The notes beneath the pieces were generated by a model. It did not search any database, had not been told where the DNA came from, and worked only from the letters and a program-made list of their open reading frames with translations. A stretch of 63,532 nucleotides of DNA, filler included, from Folioceros fuciformis (taxonomy: Eukaryota), in the NCBI GenBank assembly GCA_049999805.1. It is 6 parts of 5 records of this genome, joined end to end, with 100 filler letters (N's around TTAATTAATTAA, not from the genome) between each part and the next. Parts side by side here need not be neighbours in the genome. Positions count along the whole stretch, not along the records: positions 57,794 to 63,532 come from JBNGIO010006453.1; 5 more parts are not named here. One strand, given 5' to 3'. How positions within the stretch are numbered: position 1 is the stretch's first letter; the number at the start of each line of letters is the position of its first letter. The translations under genes were made by a program, and so were the position numbers. Below are positions 62,586 to 63,532 of the stretch, piece after piece.

Positions 62586-63293
62586 CTACAAAGGATGAGC
62601 AAACCTACCAACTTGAGGTAAATTGGCTTGTTGATTTGCTAATCTATTTTCTATCCTTTGATGTCTAATCTCGAACCTGTTAAATGCATAAACAGAGCAT
62701 GAAGGACAGGAATTTGGGGCATCAAAAGTATGTTGCTTATATTTCTTGTCAGCACGTTTGCAGGCAACACCTCTGTGTGCTGGATTTGTTAGCAAAACGG
62801 GCTTGAGCAAGGTAAGCAACTTGAAGTCCAAATGTCCTATTCGTTCCTTCAATTATTGCAAGTCAACATTGACTTCAGCTATCTTGTGACGAATGCTCTG
62901 GAAACGCTCATCAACATGCTGTTGATGTGTTTCTATTCTTGCATTTAATTGTGATACACTAACATGTTGTGATGTGTGTGTTGTCAGGAAACCCCTAGGG
63001 TTACCGTTTACAGCAAGTGGAAGATTGTCTTGGTTTCTGGGTGGTGGAGCAAGCAGCAGATGACGCTGATGTGGGAAGATTGCTTCAATCAGATTATTGA
63101 AGGAATCCCTCACAATCTGTGAGTGTTCAGGCTGGTCTTGTGTTTGAAGAATCCAATCCAGGGTTTGATGGTAAAGTGATTCTGCGAACATCAGCCTGCC
63201 CTCTTGGATTTGTTGTCCTCTGTGAGCATTCCTCTGTTGGATGCGCTCAGCAGGGCGTTGTCGCCATCGCTGCCCGTCCACCAGGTTGGCCAT
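62586..63293 (-). CDS. Extra ~235-codon ORF upstream of copia gag, split by one in-frame TAA; coiled coil + Cys/His motif
   Basis: ORFs 62853-63293 and 62586-62852 are in the same frame (CAA TAA TTG). Heptads LNARIETHQQHVDERFQSIRHKIAEVNVDLQ*LKERIGHL; C-x9-H-x7-C-x2-C motif. Confidence 0.55.
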
Positions 63294-63532
63294 TCATGTG
63301 GCCAGCCTTTTTGTATTTTGTTATTTTTCAAGAAACATGTGTAGCTTTGTAAATAATTCTATAATAAAATATTTGCCAATTCTGGCAGTTGTTGTAGCGT
63401 GCCTAGTGCCAGATTGCAGAAGTGCAATCTGACAATGGATGCACTAGAACAGCCTCCTAGAAATGCAAATCTTTTGAAATATAAATCAAAAAAAGCTATA
63501 AACTCATTTCTTGAAATTTGTTTTAAAGGTTT

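Noticed and set aside
62850-62858. Programmed stop-codon readthrough at CAA-TAA-TTG
   Set aside because: Lacks the stop-CARYYA context; a point mutation in an otherwise decayed copy is the simpler explanation.

Overview
Eukaryotic nuclear DNA from a compact, GC-rich land-plant genome with short introns. A centriole gene (CEP120) and a PLS-PPR remnant point to a seed-free lineage with flagellated sperm, such as a hornwort or lycophyte (inference). Bases 1-36 kb are gene-dense: armadillo-repeat kinesin, CEP120-like, CYP710A, a WD40 protein, NUG2/GNL2, F-box/Sel1, PRMT6, NDUFA12, a divergent NC2beta/Dr1, and an unusual Elongin-C + F-box-like + RNI-LRR fusion gene. After a repeat- and AT-rich spacer lies an intronless, divergent AGO1/5/10-type Argonaute whose 5' end is lost in a gap. 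About 20 kb of LTR retrotransposons follow: two copia fragments, and a non-chromovirus gypsy interrupted by a nested copia that lacks its 3' LTR. The last is a copia that appears to carry two extra genes, a sense ORF upstream of gag and an antisense, intron-containing ORF abutting the pol stop. Six 100-bp assembly gaps (five with an artificial TTAATTAATTAA linker) make adjacency across them uncertain. All calls come from manual motif recognition; no database searches were run.
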